Shown: positions 1-12,400 of the stretch, piece by piece
How positions within the stretch are numbered: position 1 is the first letter of the stretch
Layout of the letters: each line of letters begins with the position of its first letter
DNA from: Dimorphilus gyrociliatus
Lineage: Eukaryota > Animalia > Annelida
Reading direction: 5' to 3'
Length of the DNA: 64,000 nt
NCBI GenBank assembly: GCA_904063045.1
Contig: CAJFCJ010000012.1
Span: 1,612,001-1,676,000 of the forward strand
Notes under the pieces: model-generated
Seen by the model: the letters and a program-made list of their open reading frames with translations, nothing else
Databases searched by the model: none
Told to the model about the DNA's origin: nothing
Translations under genes and position numbers: made by a program

Positions 1-15
1 AATAAGATATTTAAC

Positions 16-1959
16 CCGTAATATCTCTTGAGCGGCTAGTTGTTGACCAACTTTTTTCTTTTTATAAAAAATCTATAAATAAATGTAAATTAATTATATT
101 GTATAATTTTCCTTCTATAGCGTTATTTTATCATTTTTTACCTTTGCCGAAAATTTTCCAACTGTCATTGTTAAAGAATTTTTCTGTCCGTGAGCGCTAT
201 GATATTGTGTATCAATCTTTCCATGACTAAAACCATAACTTGCATCTACCGAGAATGTTAATAATTGAACAGGATCAGGCGTACCAGTCCGTTGACAGAT
301 CTCGTGAACTCGAGAATCTGTTATAGATATCTCATCAAACAGCTACATAAATAATTTGCTGTTGTTAAATTGATAATTTTTTGGAAAATTAAACAAAGAA
401 TACAAACCTCAACGTCATTTAATTTATCCTTTTTATCTTCATCTGTAACTTTACTTATTTCTGGTGCTAAGGCTTGTAAAGTAACTTTTGCTATATTAAA
501 AAAGTTAACTTTCAGTAAAACACTCTCTCATTGACAAAACGAATTAAAATATTTAACCTGCTTCTAACTTTGCCTGTTTCTTTGTCGCTGCATATCCAGT
601 ACCATAGCACGTCCCTTTTATGTAAACATTTGCTGCATAGGGCAAGGCAGAGTTGGCTAAAAAAGGAATTGACGTTTACAATTGCAAGTTGAAACTAAGA
701 AAACTTTTTATTACATCTCTCAGTAAACTGAATTTGAGGAGCCTCTCCCATAGATAATTGAACAAACTCGTGTAAAAGAGCAATATGTGTTTTTCCTGTA
801 GGGTTAATTGTAAACTCTTTTCTTTTTCCGTTTGGCGCAACACACGATATCAATTTAGTACCAGGTGTCATATTAGCATATCTAGAACTTTTAAGATCGA
901 TTCGTCTCTTCTTCCAGCTCCTATAATAATTGATTTTCTTTTTATGTCTGATATATTTCTCAAGAATTAATTGCTTACTTGAATCTTCTTGTTTTAATTC
1001 TCTCAAATTCAAAAACTTTTTCGCAATACTCCAGGAGTTCATCGTGAGCTGAAAGTTTCCACATGTCCCCTTCATTAAGATTTTTAGTAATAAAATGTAC
1101 TTACTTAAAGTTTTATTATATTCATCAGCGCTGTGAACCCGAACCGTAACGTCTACGCTGCCAGCTGTTTCAGTAACATCTTCCTGATTTTTATCTTCAG
1201 TTTTCACAAGTTCTCCCTGACATTCATCTTGATTTTTTTCTTCCATTTTTGACTTTTTAGCAACTGGACAACTGTCTTCGGCATTAGGTTGATCCCTTTT
1301 TTCTAAACCACGTTTATACGCAAAACAAGGAATAGCAGCAAGAGGAACATTATGCCTCTGAATTTAGAAAATTCATTCATTTATGTATATAAATTACTAT
1401 ACCGAACTCACCCTTGCACTTTCTTTTCCTATGTGATATGGCATGCTCATTGTGCAAACTCTTGACTCTCTGTGTAGATAGACATTCATACCAGAGAAAT
1501 GCCTTATCTCAACCCACCCACTCGGTAAAATAACATGGAAATGTTTGTTCAGTTCTGCAAAAAAATAAAAAAAATTAAAGATTAACTGAAGTATTATCTA
1601 AATGAAATACCTTTCAAAACAACTCTTTCAAAAGTCTCTGGTTCCCCTTCTCCTTCACCGTCACCCTCGCCACCCTCTTGTTCTTCTTCTGATGTGAATT
1701 CATCATTTTTCTTTTTTTCCTTAATAACAGTATCTTCTGCCTGATTACTGTCTTGATTACTATATGACTGAGTTAATTTTGATTGAGGCGGAGGCGGGGG
1801 AGACGGTAGCTTGGGTGGAGCCTCATTTGGTGGGGCTGGTTCGGATGTCATAGAATCTGTTAGAGTTTTATTACTTGATGAAGTAGGTGGTTGGGATGGA
1901 GGAGCCGGAGGCGGAGAAGGAGGTCTATCTTCTGGAAGAGGAGGAAAGAAATCCGACAT
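16..1959 (-). CDS. DGCR8: Microprocessor subunit DGCR8/Pasha, 3'-partial (continues beyond position 1). Hand-called exons: 1959-1611, 1554-1412, 1357-1105, 1048-979, 920-715, 656-558, 490-408, 342-142, 72-16
   Basis: Spliced translation gives LPSGWVEIRHFSGMNVYLHRESRVCTMSMPYHIG-RHNVPLAAIPCFAYK (WW/Rhed, heme Cys retained), THDELLEYCEKVFEFERIKTRRFKSW, dsRBD1 (KEFTINPTGKTHIALLHEF...YGTGYAATKKQAKLEA) and dsRBD2 (FDEISITDSRVHEIC...KVGQQLAAQEIL). All match recalled DGCR8 motifs, and all introns are GT-AG. Confidence 0.95.
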
Positions 1960-2365
1960 TTTTCAAACTTTTATAATTCTAACTGATGATAAAGATGGAT
2001 AAGTTGCAAATATGATCAATTTAAGATATTTTCTATAAAATGCTATTGAATAAGATTGTAAATTTTACTCCGACAAAGTGCTTGTGGCTGGGACTTGTGC
2101 TTGATTTGTGGGTATGTACTCAACATCTAAAATGTGAGGGAAAAATAGTAGTTTGACGGGGGCCATATTGTAAATGAATTTTTTGCCTGTATTTTCACTA
2201 TGAAGGTGAAGGACGCTTTTATCGCCTTCTCATTGAAATTTAGTTGTACCAAGGCAGAGGGACACCTAAATTTAGGAAATGTTTTCATTCTACACCGACA
2301 GCTATTTTATCGCTCAGTGATCTTTGAACGAATTTTCCCATCGACTTCACTCTTCATGAAGCACT

Positions 2366-5300
2366 ATGGAACAAATTTTTAGTATCAAATCTCAGAAAGT
2401 TCACGAATGGATTCCAAAAGGAGATTATAATGTTTTGTGTGCTCTTTGCGATGATACTTTAGCATTTACAAGTGCTCAGGATCTTAAATTGAAAGCTCAA
2501 AACCCTGATTCTCCGAAACCAATGTAATTTGATAATCAAAATAAAACTTTCTAACATATAACAAATTTTTTATCACAGAGAAGACGCTACAACGATAAGT
2601 TTGTACGTATGTGATATTTTAGAACCATGGCATCTTTTCTTAATTAACCGAAGATGCGAGAACATTATTCATTTAATTTGGTCAAGTAATAGTCCAAACC
2701 AAAAACGACTTTTGGTAGCTGATGAATCGGGAAAAATCGAAGTGTGGCAGAGGAAACAAACTATGACAGTAAGAAGTTTTTTTATTTATGAATTTTTCAA
2801 ATATTTTCCATGTTTCTTTTAAAGCACGTCTTGCTTAATGATTGGACTTGCACGCATTCAGTAAATCTTTCTGGAGAAATTATTGTTTGTGCAAAATGGT
2901 TCCAAAATGGTGCTGAGGTTTGTTAAATATTCTCGTAATTGAGATTATAAATAAAAAATATGAAAAGGTAATCTCTTCGTTGCATTTACATAGAGAAATA
3001 TAAAACTTTGGCGGGAAATCATTGGTCTCTACGATGATAAATACCCGAAAATTGATTGTAAATGCACTGTAGAAGAACTCCAGTCACCCGGCGAGGGAGC
3101 TGATGGTTTCTGTGTGATAACTTCTTCTGGATTGGTAAGCTAAAATCAAAAGTTACAGAGAAATAAACTATTGCTTTTCCTTTATCAATCAGTTCGCTTG
3201 GGCAGTTATATCAAAAGTAAATAGTGATGTGTATGTTGAAAAGCATAGTCTATTCCAAAATTGTCGATCCTACATAGCTGTTGCTGATATAAATTTTCAT
3301 ATTGATTCATCTTTTGTGGTTGCTGTTTCTGATGGTTGCTCAACTTCTCCAATCAGTACTTATAAAGTACAAATTTCTTCTCAAAATTCAGCATACTCAA
3401 CGTCTATCAGCTCGGGTTTAGGCATTGTTCTACAGGATAATAGTTCCGAAATTTCAGTTACGCATTTAAAGTTTACTTGTAGGTTTAGTTTGAACGATGA
3501 ATTGATAGTTGTTACTGAGCAAGATAAGAGAAGTAAAGTTACGTTCTTGAAACTTGATAAAGAAGTCAGCAACTTACACCCAGCGATTTTGAACGCATCT
3601 CATGGTAATATGCCATTGAAATTTGAAGAGAGTTGTTGGATATCATTAGCAGAATTTATGTGTAATAGCCTTGTTATGTCAATTGCTGCTCCTCATAGGT
3701 AAGTTATGCGATAGTTTTTAATCATTTACAAACTTATTTCAATAGTAACTGTTCACCTAGATATGGCGATAGAAGTGATGTAAATAATAGTTTTGAGCAA
3801 GTTGTGATATCAGAAAGTAACGGGGCGGTTCATCTATTTAGCTTAAAAGATTGGCAATTAAGTTGTTCCTCTGACCATTTTGGTGAGTTGGTCATAAGAC
3901 TGATTTTATTATTCCATTTAAAAAATATTAATTATTACTTTTTAAATAAATAATAGAAAAGTACGATTATGACAAATGTCTTTCTTGCGTTGATCAATCT
4001 TACAATGGAACAGTTTTTGTTGGTCTTGATCGATATGGGACAATAACTTGCTACAAGGTACTATATGATTTTTACTAAATACTAAATTTGTATGATAATT
4101 TTTTTTAAACATTAATACAGGTAACAAATACTCGAGACTCAAGCTTTCCTCTGTCATCATTCTGTATCAGTAGCATGTTGGAATATTGTTTATTAAGAGA
4201 AAAAGATTCATGGGATGTTATGTGTTGTTTAAAATCTCCAAATGCAGAAGCAATTTGGAAACAGATTAACGATAATTTCTACCGACAATTAAAGCCAGTT
4301 CAAGATTATTTTGCAGTTTCGTAAGTAATTTATAATACTGTATAAGTCATAAAATAGATTTTAAACGTAATTTAACTTTATATTTATATTTTTAGAATAT
4401 TGATGCTAAACGTTCGTATACAAAAAGTATTATCCACATCAAACTCTCGCCCAGCCGACTATTATCTAGAAGCATTATTGACACATTACTGGTATTTGTT
4501 TAGTAGAAAGTTACATTTACGAAGACCAACTCAAATGATGGAGAGAGTAAAAGTATGTTTAAAATTTAAATGATTTATTTTTAAATATAATGTTCGATAT
4601 CTTCTTGATTTTCTAGCTTCAAAAAATGATTGAAATTTTGTCATCTACTATTGAAAATAGCCGAGAGTTAGATCCGAATAATCTAGTCTCTCTTAAGGAA
4701 ATAGAATTACGACAGGATGTATTTACAACCTGCCTCCCGTCTCTAGAATTTGTTTGTCAATTAGCCATACAGGTTAGAAATTTGTAATTATATTAATTCT
4801 GATAAAACTACTACTAGATTTTCAAAAACTAACTAACCAGGTTTTCTTTGAAGTGGCAAATATGAGCAACTATCTTGTTTCAATTCATCGTAACCCAGGA
4901 GCTCTATGTAAATTAAGATGCCTTATTTTTGTTATAAGAAACTCTATTAAATCCAATTTTGAACCTCCTCTACTTCGTAAAGGAGTTCAAACTCAACGGG
5001 ACGGTCTTGGTAGAATTTACACTCTTTTGACAAAATTATGGATGGTTCGAATTGAAAAGGATGCCGAATGTGACGAAAACCTTTTAAACGATATGAGCTT
5101 AATACACGCTCATTTCTTAACTCATCCACCGCAAGTTCCACAAACTCTTACCTCAAGAGATTTTATCTATCAAGGAAATGCTTCGAATAGTGAGCTCAAA
5201 TATGTCCTTCTTCGATATCTCTCTATTACAATCTTATTTTTCTCCAATAGATTTCCACTATGGTGAAGAACCTGAAATTAAAAACGCAACAAATCTTTCA

Positions 5301-5492
5301 TCTTTACAAAGACCTAAACAAGAATATGATTGTATCACACAAATGGCTCTTGGTTGCATTTCAACAAAGTCAACAAGACAATGTACAAGATGCGGAGGAC
5401 TTTCATACTATTCACCAACCGAACAAAAATCATCACAATACACATGTACAAGATGGCGCTGTTTGTGCGGAGGACAGTGGCGTTGTTTTTAA
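2366..5492 (+). CDS. MED16: Mediator complex subunit 16 (multi-exon; start ATG 2366, MEQIFSIKSQKVHEW)
   Basis: WD40-like N-terminal exons (LYVCDILEPW, RLLVADESGKIEVW, GFCVITSSGL), LLTKLW motif and the C-terminal zinc ribbon CTRCG...RWRCLCGGQW typical of MED16. Internal exon limits were only partly traced. Confidence 0.9.
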
Positions 5493-5591
5493 GTCTAGTT
5501 ATATTCCTTTAAAAGTATATTTATTTTGAACTATCTTCTTAATTTATGCTTCTAATATGATCATTATATGTTTGTTCTGTTAGATCAAGTA

Positions 5592-6515
5592 TTACAGGTT
5601 AACAGCATTTTTAAGACTTTGACGACGTCTCTTACTTATAATGAATACTATTAGTCCTATACTTTGGATTGTAAAAATTGTCGGAAGAATGATAATTATA
5701 ACGTTATTGAAATTAAATTTTTCGTACTTTCTAACAGTTTTCATATCAAAAATTTCATTGAAAAAATTGTTATATTTCCATTCTTGTTTCATTATTAAAT
5801 CTTTATTAAAGTCTATATATCTAACTTCTATCGGCATATACGATGGCAATCGTAAAATGGCATTACTTTTAGCCCTGTTTGCTAATTGTCTTAGTTCAAG
5901 CATTTCTGAACCTGTTAACTTCGGATTAATAGCTGGGCCAATAGGTAATTTAATATTATTGTTAAACACAAATTTTGATTGGCTTATAACCTCTTCTATA
6001 TGAGAATCAATAACTTTAGGTTTCCATAAGAATTCGTTTATATAAGATGGTTGAATATCAAATGTATTTCGACGAGAGTTTCCCAGTTTATCATTAATCT
6101 TTAAAGCTAAAAGTGTTCTGTCACGATTATTATTGACCGGAAAACCAAGGTTAAATAAGTTTTGATTTCGCCTTAAAATTCTTCTATGTTCTAGAATTTT
6201 TTGTTGTATTTTAGGGAAAAGACCAATTTTAAAAGTAGATTTAGGCTTTTTTAATTTGTTTTCTTTATTTTTAAAAGGTCTTCTACGCCTATAAAACATT
6301 TGATTTTTTCGAGAAATATCCATTATTCTCCTACCAAATGAATTTATCTTTGCTCCTTCAATACTAAAAAAACTTATCAAATTATTTGGTTTTTTCCATT
6401 GTTTATCGTTTGAGTTCTCTACAAAGTTAAAATTCGTAGAAAGTAATAAATAAAAATATAAATATAATTCCTTCATTATGGATTTTATTTCTGTTGCTTC
6501 ATCAAAAATATGCAA
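5592..6515 (-). CDS. Uncharacterised single-exon protein with a putative signal peptide and C-terminal transmembrane helix
   Basis: 307-aa ORF; hydrophobic MKELYLYFYLLLST near the N-terminus; TM-like VIIIILPTIFTIQSIGLIVFII followed by SKRRR. No family recognised. Confidence 0.55.
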   Translation of the reverse strand: MHIFDEATEIKSIMKELYLYFYLLLSTNFNFVENSNDKQWKKPNNLISFFSIEGAKINSFGRRIMDISRKNQMFYRRRRPFKNKENKLKKPKSTFKIGLFPKIQQKILEHRRILRRNQNLFNLGFPVNNNRDRTLLALKINDKLGNSRRNTFDIQPSYINEFLWKPKVIDSHIEEVISQSKFVFNNNIKLPIGPAINPKLTGSEMLELRQLANRAKSNAILRLPSYMPIEVRYIDFNKDLIMKQEWKYNNFFNEIFDMKTVRKYEKFNFNNVIIIILPTIFTIQSIGLIVFIISKRRRQSLKNAVNL

Positions 6516-6975
6516 CTTATTCGAGTCCTATTTTTAAATTTAAAATAATATATTTGATTAAAGTTAGCGTGGAAATTTTATTACGAATTAAAAGATTTTG
6601 TACCTGGCTCTTTGCGTAATAAATTTCGAAAATGGGTCAGTTTTTTATTTGGAAATTTGTTCAAGCTTAAAGTAGAGTACAATGTAGCTTTTAATATAAA
6701 TAAAATATATGTTAGACAATAAGGGAAAATGAAACAAAATGGACACTATTGAGCTGGAATACTATTCGGCATAGTTACAATTCACAATTGCTATGAAGCT
6801 AAGGTAGTCTAACGATAAAATCCTCGTTATTTAATTTCAAGTAAAACTGACGAGGAATCCTATACCCATCTTTGCATATAAGTGTTCGATCGCAGCGGCC
6901 TCTGACCATTTCGGCACGAGCCGCTCTTAATACAAGACTAAAAAGATACCGTGTGTCGCAATCCAAAGAGAAGCC

Positions 6976-9900
6976 ATGAAGTTAAACGGGTTTAAGAATA
7001 ATTCAGGTGAATTAAAGCACATAATTAATATATGAACAGTCATGTTCATTGAATCTAATTTAATATATGTAGTTGAAGATGAAATAGTTGAAACTTTAAA
7101 AAAGAGAATCATGATTTTCGATGGAGCAATGGGAACTATGATTCAAAGACATCAATTAGAGGAGGAAGATTTCAGAGGAACCCAATTTGCAAACCATTCA
7201 AAACCATTGAAGGGTAACAACGATATTCTAAGTATTACAAGACCGGATATTATTGAGGAAATTCATAAAGTAAAATTCATTCTTTTAATATTCAACAATT
7301 TACTTTAATTTGCTTCATTGTGTTTGCTTTTTGTCTTTTTTTAAAAGGAATATCTGGAAGCTGGAGCAGACTTTACAGAAACAAATACATTTTCTGGTAC
7401 TTCTATTGCGCAAGCTGATTATGGCCTGGAGAAGGAGGTTTTTATTTAGCTTTCAATTAAAAAAAATCCATCTTATTTATACTATTTAGACACATTATTT
7501 CATATTATTTTATAGGCTTATCAAATATGTTATGCTGGAGCACTTGTTGCTAGAAAAGCAGCTGATGAAATTACTGCAAAGACTGGAAAGAAGAGATATG
7601 TCGCTGGAGCACTTGGTCCAACTAATAGAACTTTGTCAATTTCTCCTTCTGTTGAACGTCCAGATTTTAGGAACATAAGTAATTGTTTATTCAACTCATT
7701 TGTTTTGTTTTTTTAAGTGTTTTATGATGTTTTATCAGCTTTCGACGAATTGATGATTGCTTATAAAGAACAAGCACAAGCTCTACTAGATGGAGGAGTA
7801 GATATTCTATTGGTTGAAACTATCTTTGATACAGCCAATTCAAAGGCGGCTTTATTCGCTATACAATTAATATTTGATGAGGACAGTTCCAAGGAAGTGC
7901 CTGTTTTCGTATCCGGTACAATTGTTGATAAAAGTGGTAGAACTTTATCTGGTCAGACAACTGAAGCTTTCTTGACTAGCGTTTCTCATTCAAATCCTCT
8001 ATGGTTTGTTTTTCAGTATATTATCTATTTTAATAAATTGACTAATCATATTAACTTTTAATACAGTCTTGGTTTGAACTGTGCCTTGGGAGCCTCAGAA
8101 ATGAGACCTTTTGTAGAAAATGTCGCAATGAACACAGGCGCTTTTGTTCTATGTTATCCAAATGCAGGTAAGGCAGATTTGTAGAAAGAAGTAAAAACTA
8201 ATCTAATAAAGGGTGTTGTTTTTAATTTTCATTCATTTTCTAATCGTAGGTCTACCAAACACTTTTGGTGGATATGATGAAACTCCGGAGATAACTGCTG
8301 GACAATTAGAGTTATTTATTAAGGATAAATTAGTAAATATTGTGGGTGGTTGTTGCGGTACCACTCCAGATCATATAAGGTAGCTAATTTTATTATTAAA
8401 ATCAAAATAATAATATTTATACTTTATATCAGAGCAATAGCGGAAGTTGCCAAAAAGTATAAACCTAGAATACCACCAGTTGGCCTACATCAAGATACCT
8501 TACAATTAAGTGGTATGGAACCAATGTCAATAGGAAAATTAACAAACTTTGTTAATATCGGTGAGAGATGCAATGTTGCTGGATCGAGAAGATTTTGCAA
8601 TTTAATAAAAAAAGACAACTACGAAGAGGCTTTAAACGTTGCAAAAGATCAAGTTGAAAATGGAGCTCAAATTCTTGATATTAACATGGACGAAGGAATG
8701 TTGGACGGTGTAGCAGCTATGACAAGATTTTGCAATCTTATTGCTTCTGAACCAGATGTTGCTAAAGTCCCACTTTGCATTGATTCATCAAACTTTGCAG
8801 TAATAGAAGCAGGTTTAAAATGTTGCCAAGGAAAATGTGTAGTAAATAGTATAAGTTTAAAAGAAGGGGAAGAAGATTTTATTAGAAAAGCAAGAACTAT
8901 AAGGAATTATGGCGCAGCAGTTGTTGTAATGGCTTTTGACGAAGTTGGACAAGCCACAGACGTACAGAATAAGGTTAGATTTTTTCTTTTATATGATTTT
9001 TTTTTACATATATTTTTTTACAGTTAAAATGACCCTTATTTTTTCTTTTAAAACTAGGTTGACATTTGCACAAGATCCTATAACATACTAGTCAACAAAG
9101 TTGGATTCAACCCAAATGATATTATATTCGATCCTAATATTTTGACTATTGCAACTGGAATTGAGGAGCATAATAAATATGGTATTAATTTTATTGAGGC
9201 AACACGTATTATTAAAGTATGTATTAATAACATTAATAACTTGAAGTTATACAGCCTGTTGACTTTATAGGAAACTTTACCAGGCTGTAGAGTTAGTGGA
9301 GGAGTTTCAAACTTTTCATTCTCCTTCCGTGGGAAAGAAAGAATAAGAGAGGCTATGCATAGCGTTTTCCTATATCATGGAATAAAGGTATGTACAACTA
9401 CAACTGAATGTTACTTAATAAAAGGTATGCTCAATTCTAGAATGGTATGGATATGGGCATTGTAAATGCTGGTTGTTTGCCAGTATATGATGATATTGAT
9501 AAGACACTTCTTGAACTTTGTGAAAGTCTTCTATGGGATACAGATCCTGATGGAACTGAAAAGTTATTACAATACGCTCAATCAATGGGCTCAGCCGGTA
9601 AAAAAGAAGTAGATAGTGAAGAGTGGAGAAAAAAAACCGTTGAAGATAGATTATCCTATTCTCTAGTTAAGGGTATTGACAAATATGTTGTAGAGGACAC
9701 AGAAGAAGCAAGGTCCAATCGAAAGTTGTATCCAAGACCGTTAAATGTAATTGAAGGTCCCCTAATGAGTGGAATGTCAATAGTTGGAGATCTATTCGGT
9801 TCTGGGAAAATGTTTCTGCCTCAAGTCATTAAAAGTGCAAGAGTTATGAAAAAAGCAGTAGGATATCTTATACCTTTTATGGAGAAGGAGAAGGAAGAGT

Positions 9901-11839
9901 CGATGAAAAAATTAGGTATAACTGACGTATCTTCTTCATTCGTTGGAACTGTTGTACTGGCTACAGTTAAGGGTGATGTCCATGATATCGGAAAGAATAT
10001 TGTTGGTGTTGTATTAGGCTGTAATAATTATAGAGTCATCGATTTAGGCGTTATGACTCCTTGTGAGAAAATCTTGGAAACTGCTATTGCGGAGAATGCC
10101 GATTTTATCGGGTTGTCTGGTTTAATTACACCTTCACTTGACGAAATGATTCATGTTGCTAAGGAAATGGAAAGAGTTGGATTAGATAAACCATTGTTAA
10201 TCGGTGGAGCAACAACATCCAAGTAAAATATGCAAATTTTATGAATATTATACACAAATATTATAATTATTTCTTTTATTATTTAAATTACCAGGCAGCA
10301 CACAGCTGTTAAAATTTCACCAAAGTACAAGAATCCAGTTGTCCATGTCCTTGACGCTTCAAAAAGTGTCGTTGTTGTAAGTACACCAATATTATAATAG
10401 TGTTATCTATAGAGTTTTTAATAAAACTATATTAAAAATAGTGTAGTTCACTATTGGACGATTTCCAAAAAGAAGATTTTATCGAAGATATTAAGGATGA
10501 GTACGAGGAAATTCGCGAAGATCATTACGACTCTTTAAAAGTTGGTATTATTTTCGTCATCAGTTTAAGAACGTAGCAAAGATAACATAGTTTCTTTTTT
10601 TGTGTGTGTATGTGTTATCAATACGCACTTTTGACTGATACTAAAGACCGATCGGTTTTTAAACTTGATATCTGATCTAGATTACAGTATCCTCAAGTAG
10701 AAAGAATTGAAAAAATTTACTTTCCTTCCCAATTTCTTCGAATTTTTTCTCTTTTATAATTGATTGTTTCTCCTTTCTTTTCATAGGATCGCAAATATCT
10801 TAGTATTGAAAATGCTAGGAAAAAGAAGTTTATCATTGATTGGGAAAATGAATGTAAACCAACTAAACCAAGTTTCCTTGGTAGAAAGGAAATCGTATCG
10901 CAAAGTGTTAGTGAATTAGTTAAATATATTGATTGGAAGCCATTCTTCGATGTTTGGCAATTGAGAGGAAAGTATCCTAATAGAGGGTATCCCAAGATTT
11001 TTGATGATGAAACTGTAGGTAAAGAGGCTAGAAAAGTTTTCGATGATGCTCAGGAATTATTACAAAACTGTATAAATAATAATTCACTTAAAGCGAATGG
11101 TGTTTATGGATTTTATAGAGCTCGATCTGTTGATGATGATATTGAATTATATGGAGAAGATGGAACAACCATTGAAACACTGCACGGTTTAAGACAACAA
11201 GCCGAAAGAGATTCAGTTTATCACTGTCTTAGCGATTTTATTGCTCCAAAGTCGACGGGTATTGAAGACTATATGGGAATGTTTGCTGTCACTTGTCTTG
11301 GAGCCGAGGAATTGAGTAAAAAATTTGAAAAGGAGGGTGACGACTACAATTCTATTATGATTAAGGCTTTAGCTGACCGTATTGCTGAGGCTTTTGCTGA
11401 ACAATTGCACGAAAAAGTGAGAAAAGAGTCATGGGGATATAATAAAGAAGAAGATCTGGATGAAAAATCGCTCCATAAAATTCAATACCAGGTAAGATTA
11501 TTTTTCCTTTAATTCGTAAATATCTCTTTTCATCAATTTATAATTCTTTAGGGAATCCGACCTGCACCGGGATATCCTAGCCAACCGGATCACACAGAAA
11601 AAGAAACTATGTGGAGATTGCTTCAGCCAGGAAACTTGCAAATAACACTTACAGAGTCTTTAGCAATGAAACCTGCAGCATCCGTATCTGGCTTATATTT
11701 TGCAAATTCAAAGTCAAGTTATTTTTCAGTTGGAAAAATTCAAAAGGACCAAGTATGCGACTACGCATCAAGGAAGAATATGACAGTAGAAGAAGTTGAA
11801 AGGTGGCTAAGTGCTAACCTTGCGTACGATCGTGACTGA
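6976..11839 (+). CDS. MTR: Cobalamin-dependent methionine synthase (about 15 exons; start [10 protein letters not shown]|VEDEIV)
   Basis: [30 protein letters not shown] (Hcy/Zn domain), [11 protein letters not shown] and DINMDEG (folate domain), [11 protein letters not shown] (B12-binding) and GIRPAPGYP (activation domain) are found across GT-AG-separated exons. Confidence 0.98.
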
Positions 11840-12400
11840 AAAAAGCAGAATATTTTATAAATATTCAAAAACATGAATTTATTTCAAATATATACTTTGT
11901 AATTATTGTTATCAGTGCCTACTAATCAAATTTAGTTAGTCCATAATATAGAACGAACACTGGCCAACCAACCTAACAGCGGCCAAAACATTATTTAACT
12001 CAAGCTAATAAGACTAAAAAGCAAATAATATATTATACTAATATATTCTATTGTTTATTTAAAATAAAAAAGATTAAGAAAGGTCACATTTTTGAATTGA
12101 AACTGATGAATTTCTATTTTTATTACGACATATTGACTAAGAATAACGATATTCTATATATTCAGAGATTTGTGTAAGACAAACGTAAACACACTCACAC
12201 ATCACACACATGTAAACAAATGTTAATTATATCATTACTCATCTCTTCTCAATACAATTTTTTTAATTAGGGAATTTATCTTTATTGATTTGTTTTTTAA
12301 TCCATCTTTATATTTTCCTTATTATCTTCTTTCGATCAAAAATGTAGGGAAGAAATGATAATATAAAGATATGAATAAAGTTCATTATGCTTAATTCTTT

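Noticed and set aside
1960-2365. DGCR8 5'UTR auto-regulatory hairpin (known from mammals and flies)
   Set aside because: No convincing long stem found by eye on the minus strand; needs folding software.
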